A stretch of DNA of 32,000 nucleotides, taken from Zygophlyctis sp. KS116 (Eukaryota > Fungi > Chytridiomycota). The position numbers and the translations under genes are program-made. The notes below the pieces were generated by a model. It saw only the letters and a list, made by a program, of their open reading frames with translations. It was not told the origin of the DNA and did no database searches. The stretch covers positions 30,001 to 62,000 of the forward strand of contig BAAFSQ010000001.1 of the NCBI GenBank assembly GCA_054661495.1. The letters run 5' to 3'. This document shows positions 1 through 11,813 of the stretch, one piece after another (within the stretch, counting starts at the first letter, position 1; every line of letters starts with the position of its first letter).

Positions 1-6
1 AAATAG

Positions 7-448
7 AAACGATTGGGTTCTATTATCTAAATTCACTTCTGCATTCAATCGGGGAGATGTAGTCTTCTTTAAAAATCCACATAATCATCGACAAACATTG
101 GTCAAGCGAATTGTTGCGGTTCCAGGCGATTTGGTGCGAAGGAAACCACCAGGGATCGCAGATCTTTTATTTATACCAGACATACTTTATAATTTCTCAA
201 AAGGGATAATGCATCAGAACTTTGAAGGAGATACCTGGATTGTTGTTCCCGAGGGACATGTATGGGTTGAATCGGATTCAGAAGATGATCGAGTTGTGGA
301 TTCTAGGCATTATGGTCCTGTGCCAATTGGATTAATTGTAGGAAAGGTTGAAATGATCTTATTTCCAATGGACAGATTTGGAAAATCTCTACAAGCTTCA
401 AAGTCTAGAATTGTTGATGAAGGTCGTCTAATTACGAGACAAATCTAG
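7..448 (+). CDS. Mitochondrial inner membrane peptidase (Imp1/Imp2 family, peptidase S26), last exon; 5' part lies outside the window
   Basis: Frame is open from just after the TAG at 4-6: NDWVLLSKF..RGDVVFFKNP..LVKRIVAVPGD (catalytic Lys box) and VPEGHVWVESD..DSRHYGPVPIGLI. Stop TAG 446-448. Confidence 0.88.
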
Positions 449-465
449 TGCCAAAATGACAGCTT

Positions 466-1804
466 CTAATCACTATAATATTCATCAGAGTCATAATTCA
501 AGATATCGAATTCCACCTTGTATCTCAAGAGTCCTCCAATACCACCAAAACCCCTCACAAATTGTGATCCTTCTTGTGATTTGTTTGTGACGAATTCTAA
601 AGTAGTACCAAAGGATTTATAGTTTTCTGCAATCTAAAGTTTAAATTGGTTTTAATAAATACCCATTCCACAATAGTCATCTTATCAACAACTTCCAATT
701 CTACTTTTGTTTCTGAATCTTCAAAAAGTTCTCTATTTGTTTCTTGATCCTTATTTAAAAATAAAACAGTTTCGGATCCTGTTTGAGGATTCTTGAGTAA
801 ATATCGCATAGTTTCAAGATTTTCCCAAATAATCAAAGTTTCAACAGCTCCTAATTCTAATGCCTTGAAAGTATCATCAACACCAAAGCAATATTTTCCT
901 GAATCAATTGAAATTTCATCAAAGTATTTTTGCAGTAATTTCTTTTCTTGGATAAACTTGACATTTGCGAGAAAATCTGCAGAAAGTTCAATCGCCTGAT
1001 TAAAACCATTTTCACCTCCATAAGACACATCCACCACCTTTACTACTTTAGCAGCCAATCTTTGATCAAAATTATCAGACTGTCCCAAGTCATTCTTAAA
1101 ATCAGCTGAACCAGCTAAAATGATTCCTGAAACATTAACCTTATCATTTGTTATATAATGTTGCACTGCCAATTCACAAATTTTAGAGACATAATTGTGT
1201 CTTTTTTCCTCTCTTAAACGTGCAAAACGTAGAGCAGACTGACCACCACGACCATGCTTCTTTGGCAAATCAACACTTAGACGCTGTAAAATTTCTCTAG
1301 TATTTCCAGCAAGAGTACCGAATAAAGTTCCATTACCATCCATTACAATAAATCCAAATTTAGAATCACATTCCAAGAGTTCTGATAGTGCCTCTGTATG
1401 AAACTTGTTATCACACAAATAAAGAGATGTGTTAATAGGCTTGAATGGTTCAAAATCAATATTGACTTTTTTCTCCTTTCCTTCATCAGTTATAATGGTG
1501 CCACAATACACAACCAAGCCATTCGTTGGCACTTTTGGATATAATTTAAGCCGCTGCTGTGTTGAAGTGATTGCCGATAGGACCGATAAACGATTGACTC
1601 TAGACTTGATATTAGATGCAGTTCCATATTCATCAGCCAACATTTTAGAGATCCTTGAAATCTGATCTTTAGGCTAATATTAGGTATTATGAGTACCGGA
1701 ATAATCAGGGATATCATTGAAGTTCCGTTGCCTCTAGCTGCTTCAAGAGACTTTATCAATCTCTTGACTTTCCACATCTCAATATTGGATTCTGTGTCGT
1801 CCAT
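466..1804 (-). CDS. SUP45: Eukaryotic peptide chain release factor 1 (eRF1), 428 aa; exons 1804-1697, 1673-663, 633-466
   Basis: GTS, TASNIKS, YLCDNKF and GGQ motifs, and C-terminal [18 protein letters not shown]. Removing a 23-nt intron (1674-1696) restores SLIIP|PKDQISR; removing a 29-nt intron (634-662) restores VEW|IAENYK. Confidence 0.98.
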
Positions 1805-1872
1805 TTCAAATCAAAAAAAATTTCCGGAAAAATTTAACTTTTTTGTTTTACAACAGAATTTTAATTTGATAG

Positions 1873-4232
1873 TTAAACTTGAATCTGCTCAATAGAATGT
1901 TTTTGAACAATCAAGACTGAGCAGTTGGAGACTTGATCAATCCATGCTTTTAAGAATCCCTTGTAACTCTTCATTCCGAGTATAATTAGATCTGTTCTAG
2001 AGAGTTTTTCACCTTGAATTGCAATTAGAGAATTTGGAGTTTTAGTAGTGTGATAAGAAATGATAACATTCGAGAGACCCTTAATGAGATCTAGCTTTTG
2101 ATTTTTTTCCTGATTCTCGTCAGAGAGAATATATGATATTTCAATTTGCACATTTGAGCTTTGAACCATGTATGAGATTAAAGAGAATACTTCTTCATCA
2201 TCTTCATTATCAAAGCAAGGGAAGTAGACCTTGTGAATCATTAAAGAATCTTCTTTATGGAAAATATCTTGAGATTCATTTGATTTTGAAATTCCAAATC
2301 CTCTGTCTAAAAAGAGTCCTAAAGTGCATGGGGTACTATTAAATTCATGAGACCATAAATGAACATCAATTGTTGAATTAGTTGATTTGGATATTGTAAA
2401 TGGTAGTAAGATTAGATTGGAATGTTCTTCAATTGAGGCTTTGATAACTGTTGAAGAAAAATCTTGTTTACAAGAAATGGCAGATAAGCAATTCATTTCT
2501 ATACCATTTAGTTGACCAAATGTTTGAATGACAGACATTATGGGATCAGATGGTGTATTTTCATCTTTTCCTAGAGTTGCCATCATCATTGAAGATTCAC
2601 GATCATTGATTTCATTAAATCGTAGAGTACTAACTTTTATCTTCATAGTGCTTGTTCTGAATAACTGGACCAAAGACATTATCGACGGAACTGTTTGTAG
2701 TTTAGGAAGAGATAACAGAATTGATAGTTCATTGGTCAATACAGGCTCATTCAAAATAGTCGCAGTTGAGCCGTGACCGTGTTCCAAAGAGGATACTTTT
2801 TCCATTTGTAAAGACTTTACAGATGCATTAGCATTTTCAGTAGTCGATTCAGGTGGAAGAATGTAAGCGACCAGAGGAATTGTGAAAGCGCTTGAAAGCA
2901 ACATCACTATAACCAACATGGTAAACACAGCTCGAGGAATGATGCCAGCACGAAATCCGATATTCAAAACTAAAAGACCCACATATCCCTTTTGGTTTAA
3001 TAATATACCCATTGCAGCCGAAGATCTCCATGAATGTTCAAAATACATTCCCATTAATGCAGTAAACAGTATTTTTGACAATGAAGAAACAACTAATATC
3101 AAAATCATTAATCCCCAGTCTAATCCACTAAACTCCCCACTAATATTAAATTTTAGAAAACTTACTTTATAAATGCAATGCTGGCCAAGACACCAACCAG
3201 TCCATAATAAATTGGAACAAATAAAATCATGAGAATATCTTCCATTTTCTCTGCAATCTTTATAGAAAATCGATGATTATGAGGAGTCCTTAAACCTACT
3301 AAAAGCGCACCAAATATTGCATGTGCTCCCATCGCTTGAGTAAACCAAGAAAAGAAAAAGACCATGCAAAAAGTTAGAAGAACAGATAATTGAGATAAAG
3401 ATTCAGAAGTAGTAGCCATTCGAGCTATTCTTGTCATAACTATATCTAATATCCACCAAAATAGTATAAATACTGCTAATACAGCATTAAAGATTGCTAA
3501 AGCCTTGTAAGGATCCTGTGAGTTTTCTGCATAAGGAATCAAATACATGAGTACCACCCAAGTCATGATTGCATTGACATTTGAGACATCCCCACTTAAA
3601 GCAGCAATCGGATTTTTGTATAATCTACTATTGGCCAAAATTCTGTTTACAACTGGAAGCCCAGTCCATGCCATACAAACAGCAGTATAGAATATAAAGG
3701 GACCCTGAGCAACAGGAACATAATTGCTTGATAAGGAAGGCAGCAAAGAGTATAAGTACCAGCTGACACCAACAGAGGCAGCTAAAGGTAGTAAGAATAT
3801 ATTACTGGCAGTCAGAAAGACTATTTTCCTTGACTTTAAAAATGAGCTTGGATCTGCTTCCAATCCAATCATAAAGCAAAAGAGCACAATACCAAATTGA
3901 GAAACTGCACCAAGCAGATTTGTTGATGCTAATGACCAAATATTATTTTTATAACTCTCAGCATACAATCCAGAACCCAAGATCATACCGGCTAATACCT
4001 CTGAAACTACTCTATGAGATTTGAATAGTCTATTAAGCACAAAATGCAAAGATCTAGACAAAATAATGATCAGCGCTGCCTGTACTAGAAGAATAGAAAT
4101 TGGCTCATGTAATGGAGTCCCACCATCAAATATCGATGGTGGAGTACCATGAGATCCACTAGAGCCGGTGTGAGCAGTTGCATTGCCTTGAGAGACCTCT
4201 GCAAGCCTCACAGTTGTATTTAAGCTATCCAT
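1873..4232 (-). CDS. KHA1: Cation/H+ antiporter, CPA2 (KHA1/CHX-like); 26-nt intron 3140-3165
   Basis: Multi-TM N-terminal domain with VVSEVLAGMILG, FMIGLE, TGLPVVNRIL, HAIFGA and LLNQKGYVGLLVLNIG, followed by a soluble C-terminal region. The intron joins the two ORFs in frame (FI-N-GEFSGLDWG). Confidence 0.88.
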
Positions 4233-4368
4233 TGTCTTGAAATTTAATGTGATAGGTTTCTATTAATAGTTTTGCTTATCAGCCATCTAAAAATAGCGTT
4301 AATATCTCAATACTACAATTATTCCATCTTATTTTTATTCCTGGAGTCATAAATTCTTAGGTTCTTTT

Positions 4369-5308
4369 CTAAAATAACTCCACTCCCCAAAAGACTGCAG
4401 GATCTACAGATCTCTTATCCTTGTTCAGAGCACTGACACGCAATAAATCCTCTTTTGACAAATCAATCTTAGTAGCTTCAAAGTTTTCCTTTAATCTTTG
4501 AGGATTTGAAGACTTTGGAATAACTGCATATCCTCTTTTCATACCCCAAGCAAGAATAATTTGACTTGGAGTAGCATGATACTTTGAAGCCAATTCTACA
4601 ATTACAGAATCTTTCAAAAGTTCTTGTAACTGACCTGTTCCACCCAAAGGACAATAAGCAGTCACAGTTATTGAATTTTGTCTACAGTATTCTACTAGTG
4701 GTTCTTGAGAAAGATACGGATGAATTTCAACCTAAAAGTAAACTATAAACATTATATACTTGTAAATAAGATGGTTTAATCCTAGCTTTAGACATCAAAT
4801 CCTGCATTTGCGAAATATTGAAATTTGATACACCGATTGCCTTTACCAAACCAGCATCTACCAATTTCTCCATTTCTTTCCAAGTATCAAGAATAGAAAC
4901 ACCTTGTTCAACAATTGGTTTTTTAGTTTTTGGATCTATAACAGAACTTCCATCTTCATTTCCTTCAAACGCAAGTGGCCAATGCATCAAGTATAAATCC
5001 AAATACTCTAGTCCAAGATCTTCCAGTGTCTTACGAAAAGCAGGAGCTACTTTAGACGGATGATGAAAAGTATTCCAAAGTTTCGAAGTCACAAAATAAG
5101 ATTCTCTTGGGACTGTAATTTGTTTAAACGCTTTCCCAATTTCATCTTCATTCTCATACACATACGCACAATCAAAGTGTCTGTAACCAATTTCAAAAGC
5201 TTTAAGAACAGAATCCTTGACTACATTTGGTTCTGCTTTCCCTATTTTTAGAAATTAACTCAAGTACTTACACGTCCCAAGACCCATCAATGGCATTTTA
5301 AGCGTCAT
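4369..5308 (-). CDS. Aldo-keto reductase; introns 5242-5271 (30 nt) and 4732-4759 (28 nt)
   Basis: [53 protein letters not shown] and IPKS motifs, all restored after splicing. Confidence 0.95.
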
Positions 5309-5531
5309 CTTGCACTTTGTTGAATAACTTGGCGACGCGTTTTTGACTGGATCATTGGTGAAATCGGACATTCTCATTCTCCATATTCAATCCATCCGTG
5401 CGTTCAATTTAACTTACATTCTAGCAACTATTAATAGAAATCTAAAATTAGACTCTTTGCTTTTTAAATAAAACTTAGTAAGTACAACCAACTCAATTCT
5501 AGGTTTTTCAAGGGCAGTGGCCACGGATCAA

Positions 5532-5744
5532 ATGAATAAATCAAACAATTCTAATTCTTCAGACAGATCTAGGAATTCTTCTGCAAAATCATCAGAAAGA
5601 TCATCTTCTCCTCCTGCAAAAATAATCTCTGGGTGGGAACATGCTGTATATGCCCATCGCAACACTGATAGATATGCTTATATTGGAAAAGAAGATGGTG
5701 AACCCCAATGGGTTGATTGGGGAAAGAAAAGTGATAGAAAGTAA
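5532..5744 (+). CDS. Hypothetical 70-aa microprotein (Ser-rich N-half, Trp/Tyr-containing C-half)
   Basis: ATG 5532 to TAA 5744. Upstream are two intron-like GT..AG segments (5398-5424, 5478-5502) that match the local intron size and consensus. Confidence 0.45.
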   Translation: MNKSNNSNSSDRSRNSSAKSSERSSSPPAKIISGWEHAVYAHRNTDRYAYIGKEDGEPQWVDWGKKSDRK

Positions 5745-5853
5745 ATATGTTGCAATTGTGATGTAGTAAATTGAGAATATAGTAATTTCTTGATTTGGAA
5801 ATATTTAAGAGAGAAAATGATACATATGCTAATTGAAATATGAGTTTGAAAGA

Positions 5854-6579
5854 CTAGGAACAATTGACTGGTGAGATTTCTAATGAAATTGCATTCCTAA
5901 AATTAGTATTTGAAAATGAAATTTCTGCATCACCACCAATAGCTACAAAGTAATTTGAGGGACATGATAGTGATAATGATAATAGAATTCCATCATGTCC
6001 TTTTCTAATCATTTTAATCAAGAATTTTTCTAATGATTTAGGAAGTCCTTCCCAAAGACATTCACCATCATCAAATCTAATAAACCAAGATCCAAATGCT
6101 CCTAATGAAATTGAATCTATAATAGGATCAGTACAAGTTCTCTTGTTTAATAGAGATTCTAGTCCTGAAGGTAATCTATCATGAGAAAATGTCCCATCTT
6201 TTCTTAAAACGATCCAAGCGCTTGCAGGGCCTAATATAATTGATTTAATATCTGAATCTGCATCTGATAATGCATCTTGGAGTTTACCAACAATTGTCAG
6301 TGATGTTGCTAGTAAACCATTTTCATACACAATAACCCAAGTTCCAAGCTCTGATATAGAAATACTAGAAATCTTTACTGATTTTGTAGATCGGGATGAT
6401 AGTTTTGCATCAAGAGATTCTGGTAGTGTTTCCCTAATGAATCAGCAAGTCAAAGGTTATACTTACCATGCACAAGATCCGTCATTGTATCCAACATACC
6501 ATCCTCCCTTTGGTCCGAAATTAACTGCAATGATTTCTTTAGAGTCTTTTGGCTTTTTCAAGTGATCAAGAATTGTCAT
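5854..6579 (-). CDS. Uncharacterised internal-repeat protein; 33-nt intron 6434-6466
   Basis: About four to five copies of a ~45-aa unit (hxhGxxGxWhhxxxDGxxxWxxLPxxL), e.g. NFGPKGGWYVGYNDGSCAWETLPESL and SLGAFGSWFIRFDDGECLWEGLPKSL. Confidence 0.75.
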
Positions 6580-6672
6580 TAAAATTTTATGCTGGTACAA
6601 TCCGCCTGAAACATATTTATTTGATCATGCTGCAATAAATTCAATGTCAAGTTTACAGTCAAGTTTTAATGT

Positions 6673-8408
6673 CTATCCAATGTTTTCCACTGATAAATCA
6701 AGATGATCTTTACTCAAGTATTCAGGATTCTTAGAAATCCATTCGATTCTAGCAAATTCTCCTGCTTTTCTAACAGCTTCGTCATCTTCTGGAGCAATAT
6801 ACAAGTCGCATTTTGTACTATTAATTAATAAATATAATTTACCATTCAGTACATGGTCCTGGAATGATTCGGAAATGCTAAATTTTAAGTTTAAAAAAGT
6901 CTTACATTGCAAAAATGTGAATATTTTTCTCGTCTAATGTCTGCTCTACATATAAAACACATACTATACTTGCATCTAGGACACTAAATATTAGAAAAAA
7001 GAAATACAGTGATTTTGTTACATCCATCAGATTTGCTAAATGAAATTTTACAGTATGGGCATGTTCGTAATAGAGCTTGAGACATTTTATTTTCCACAAA
7101 GAGTCTAAAACTTGATCTTTCTTTTTCATGACACTCGTGAAAAATCTTCCATTCACTACAACATTTAAGACAACTTGCTTTTTCACATGATTTACAATTG
7201 AAAACAATTGATTTTTCCTTTACTGAATCCCTTAAATTCCTTATTAATTGTTTAAAATCTATAGATTCTAGTCTTCTTTTGATATAAACTGACAGAAAAA
7301 TTAAAAGAAAAACATTGCTAGGATTTAAATAGAGTGTAGCCAAAAAAGAAATTATATAGCTTGAAATAGGAATAATTTGCTTGATCTTTTCTAAATCAAT
7401 AAATTTAGTAATAAACCACTTTTTAAGAGAGAAATATAAAGACTTGTTTTCTGGTACATATTCTTCTGAATAAGAACAAAAAGGACAATTAACTATTCTT
7501 AATCCAGATTTTTTCAATTCTTTTTGAGCCAACATGACATGATATCTCTTTAGTAAATTTTCAGGAACAAATCTAGATAATTCCTTAAAATGTCCTGTAC
7601 ATCCACTTCCCATATAAACACATTTAATTTCATTCCCTGCCATTACACAAGTTCCAAAAAGACATTGATTTACAAATTGTAAAATACAATTTCCACAAAA
7701 CAAGTGTCCTAAAGAACATGCACCCATTTCTTCCCAAGAAAATTCATCAAAACAACATTGACAAGTCAAATTCTGATTACAAGAATTATATTGTTCCTTA
7801 TTGATTTCTTTTGCCAATTCTAAATCTTGTCCTTGTTGAATTTGATTCTCTAAAGATTGAATTTGATCTTTTAATTCTTGATTTTCCAATTGATAAATTT
7901 CAATTTTCCTTCTTGGTATAAAATTCATTAGATTCGACCACCAAGAAGGTCTAATTCCCTTTAAAATACTTTTTGCCTTTAAATAATCATTTGTTTCAAT
8001 AAGAATATTTCCAATAGTAGATTTCCAATGCCAAGGAAATTCATTTAGCAATTGTGCTTTTGCACCTATTAAATAGTCCTCATCTCTAAATAGCATGAAT
8101 TCATCCCATTTTACATTTTTTGTAGAGTTTGAATTTTTAGAATTTTCCAACAGCATCACTGTAATTTCATGAATACTTTTCCCTTGAGATATTAAATTCT
8201 TCAAGCGCAGAGGATCTGAACAAGGAAATCTAGATTTTAAATTCAAAAATTTGAAATTCTTTAAAGAAATTCCAAATAAATTGGGTTTAGTTGGATAATT
8301 TCCTTTTAGTTTTCTTAATTTCTGGACAAGCGGTTTAGATTCAATCTTGTCAAGCATCCATTCTACCCATTCTAGATCAATTTCTTCAAATTCTTCAAAT
8401 TCTTTCAT
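6673..8408 (-). CDS. RNF216/TRIAD3-like RBR E3 ubiquitin ligase; introns 6984-7007, 6878-6905, 6818-6842
   Basis: RING1 (CQCCFDE..CSLGHLFCGNC), IBR (CPFC..CKSCEKASCLKC..HEC) and RING2 (CPYC..KSDGCNKITCPRCKYSMCFICR), plus an RNF216-type tail YSHFCNHFR..PCTECTKCDLY. Confidence 0.88.
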
Positions 8409-8441
8409 TAAAAACCCTCAATTTACTATAACTGTTTAATA

Positions 8442-11400
8442 ATGATGTTGCTATGGACGATTTTGAGTATTGCTTCATGTTTTGCAACTAGCTATACATG
8501 GTAATTTACATCTCTAAGAAAAGGTGGCCGCAAGTCACTGATAATGATAATGTCAACGTGTCAATAATTGCTCCCTGGACAAGATACAAAATTAGAATTA
8601 AAATTGTTGATGATAATGTAAAATGACTGTTTTTATACTAGAATGTGCCTTGCACTCAATGCGCTAAAGAATTTGTAAATGTTGGTGGATGTCCGATTTT
8701 TTCATTGGATGAATTTAATTCTATTACTTTTGGTACATTTAAAGGATGGATTACTAAAATTATAGATAAAGAAACTTTTGAATGGGGGTTGACTTGGAAT
8801 ACAACAGATTCTGGAATAATTAAATATAGTATCAAGAGAAATCAAGTTTCTACAGAGAGGTTTTTCAAGAATGCTCTAAATGATAAAATTGGGATATTTA
8901 ATGTTAATTGGTATGGGGCTTACAAGGATCAATTAGGGATTTGGTCAAGTGCTGGATCTAAACAGGGAGTGGCTATAAATGATATTATATTTTATAAGAG
9001 TATACCTGGAGAATCTAGTACAAAGTTTTTATCGTTTTCACATGTAAATTCTAGTCTTGTAAACTCTTTAATGGCTACTACGGATGATTTTAATAGTTTA
9101 ATGGGATTAGATTTATTGATACCAGATAGTTTAAATGCGGATATTGATAGGTGTGGTACAAATGTAAAGACTGGTTTTGTAAATATTCATAATATTGTGT
9201 CTCTTAAATCATCTTTTCTGATACATGCATCTTCTGGTATAATAGTAGTTCAGAATAATAGTCTGGTTTGATTTTTAATTTTAATTTTTAGAGTCTGGTT
9301 TGGTCTAAAAAGATGGATGGGTGTATTCAAAGTATTCACGTAAAGTCACAAACTAATGATGGATATTCTTCAAGTATAGTCTTTATAGTAGGCGCAGGAT
9401 CAGATCTAAATAGAGTATGGATATATTATGAAGATACTTTAGAGGTTAAAGAGTTATTGGTAAGTTTTTGAACCTTAATAATTAGGATAGTCAAAATAGG
9501 AATCTAGAGAGACTATTTGGAAGCATTGCAAGTCTAAGAATTCTAGATATATCTGTGTCATCACTGAGCCATGATTTGGTAAAGCTTTTAGTACAAAATA
9601 ATGGGGTATATTTTTTGGTTACATTCAATAATATTTCTGTAAGTATTTACAATATTAAAATGTAGTCAAGTTGGGAGATTACATTTAGATTTCCTACAAT
9701 GGTTCCAGAAGGTTATAATTATACATTTAAATTTAACAGTGACTGATACAATGGGGGTCTTTAGATTTAAACGACTTTGGAACTCTTCGACTGATTCAGG
9801 TGCTTTTTTGGGGATAAACTCTTCCTCTTATACTTTTACAAACCTTTCTCTGACTGGACTTGGGTATCATAAATCGATTTCTTCAAGTCTGTTTGTATGG
9901 GGGAATTCAGTTTTCCTTTCTGCAAATGATGGATTAAGTATGTCTTTTGTAAGACATTTCTCTTCTCCAGTTCAGTCCTTTGATGGATCTTTAAATGGTG
10001 ATTATCTATTTAAATTAGCTGATAATCAAGTAAGATTCATTAAATGATTCAAGTAATAGCTTTGGTATGGTCATATTGCCATAGATAGACTGTCGCCGAT
10101 TTTTAGATCATCCAATGTAGCAACTTTGTCAACATCTTTTCAGTCACAGATGTACCAATATAATAATGCAGATGTTGCTACAAACTACACAATAACTGCG
10201 GAATGGAGTTCAACAGACCGATTAGAAATAGAAAATCAGGAAATAGCGGTGGCTGAAAATGTCCGAAACGCTGATAGTTTATACGGGGTAAATAGCAATT
10301 TTGGCTAAAGAGACTTAGTTTGATTGTCCATATGAACGGATTTCATTTGAATACTATGCAGACCCTTTAATTATCTACGAGTAATACGATCACATTCATA
10401 ATTATTAGTGACCAAAATTCTTTAACGGACGTTTCTTTGCCAGTTACCCCTCGCCGTTATTTGGATTTGCCAAGTAAAATCTTTTTGGACTTGAATGGAT
10501 CATTTTCCTTTTCTATTATCATTTCTATTTTTGAAGATATACAAGATATTTCTTCGCTTAAGCTATCATATATCTTAAGCAATACCACTTTTATTACTGT
10601 AACTTCTACAAAAAGAATTCAAGAGGAAAGTCATTCAATTATATATGATTTCAAAATTACTGATAATGGGATGGCCTTGGAACAAGAGCCTGGAGAAAGC
10701 TTTTCAATAACTTCTCTGCTTCTATTTCCTTTTGAATCCAGTTTTGAGTGCATGAACAAACAAAATGCGGTATTCTCCTAAATTTTAATATTAGATACAT
10801 CTAAAACCACTTATCATATATTCTGGTTGCGCTCCCGATCAGAATCTTTTGTACCATTATAATTTCTCAGACCAGGGATGTCCAAATCCAGACTCTGAAT
10901 ATCCATGTATTTATTATGAAGAAGGTATTTATCTTTATTCCTAATTGTTAAGTCTTCTCTCCAGGGTTTCTAATTAAAGATAAACATAATCACAATACAA
11001 CTTATCCTGGCTATTATACGCTTCTCGTAGTTGGGATGGGAACTTCACCTTCAAATATAGTAGAATTTACGGAAACCGAACTTTTCAAATTTAATCCAAC
11101 TAGCAATGGCTCTGATACTTCTCTAATTTGGACTGGCAGTCTCAATCAGTACGATTTCCCCGTGTTTTCGTCTCAAAATACCAGCATTACATGGAAATGT
11201 GAACATAACAGTCCTTGTGGTAATATTATCCCAAAACTAAATAACCCATCTCCATTTATATATCTTATGCTTCAAGCTTCAACTGAAAACGTCAATAGTC
11301 ACTACTCTTACTGTAAATTAAAGAACAGGTTTATTATCAGACTATATGGACTCCCAGTAAAATTCACCACTTCCATTATTATGACTTTTGGATCAATGGG

Positions 11401-11752
11401 ATTCTGCATTTTATTATTGATGGTCTATACGCTCATCAAGCGCCAATCCTTTAATCGTCAAGAAACGATTGCCGGTCTTTCTAAACCTGAACTAGTCAAA
11501 ACATCTGTTACGCAACTTTCAAAGTCCAAAACTCTTAAATCAGCAATGTATTCAAGCGCCTCTAGCGTTTTGGAAGAAGCTAAATCTACATTAGAAAAAC
11601 TTGATCAGGAATCTAATAATTCTTCAGAAGAAGAAGATGCCTTTGAAGAGAAACCTGCACTTGTCGAGGATTCTGTTTTAACTAATCTAATGGAGACGAA
11701 TCGGTTAAGGAACAGAGGACGTTCAGTAATGGGAAAATTGGCAGAGGCTTGA
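8442..11752 (+). CDS. CATSPERG: CatSper channel auxiliary subunit gamma-like single-pass membrane protein, ~1004 aa, 12 exons
   Basis: Signal peptide MMLLWTILSIASCFA. Eleven introns: 8501-8523, 8618-8641, 9266-9291, 9460-9485, 9639-9665, 9712-9739, 10030-10059, 10288-10318, 10381-10408, 10770-10794, 10925-10952. Splicing gives a continuous 3015-nt ORF. Blocks LPSKIFLD, YSGCAP, PCIYYEEVFSPGFLIKD, GYYTLLVVGMG, FKFN..SLIW, WKCEHNSPC, SYCKLKNRFIIRLYGLP and a TM helix match, in order, my recollection of the CATSPERG C-terminus. Confidence 0.82.
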
Positions 11753-11813
11753 GTGCAGGTTGGTCTATTGGATCTAAAGCTGCTGGTGCTCTGGTGCTCA
11801 GCTGATTTTGTAA

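Noticed and set aside
466-1804. Stop-codon reassignment (as in aphelids or ciliates), suggested by broken ORFs and the presence of eRF1
   Set aside because: Every internal stop I traced lies inside a removable GT-AG intron; genes end in TAA, TAG and TGA; the eRF1 GTS, NIKS and YxCxxxF motifs are canonical.
1873-11752. Functional cluster of the cation/H+ antiporter with CatSper-gamma (sperm NHE analogy)
   Set aside because: The antiporter is CPA2/KHA1-type with no voltage-sensor or cyclic-nucleotide-binding domain, and unrelated genes lie between the two.
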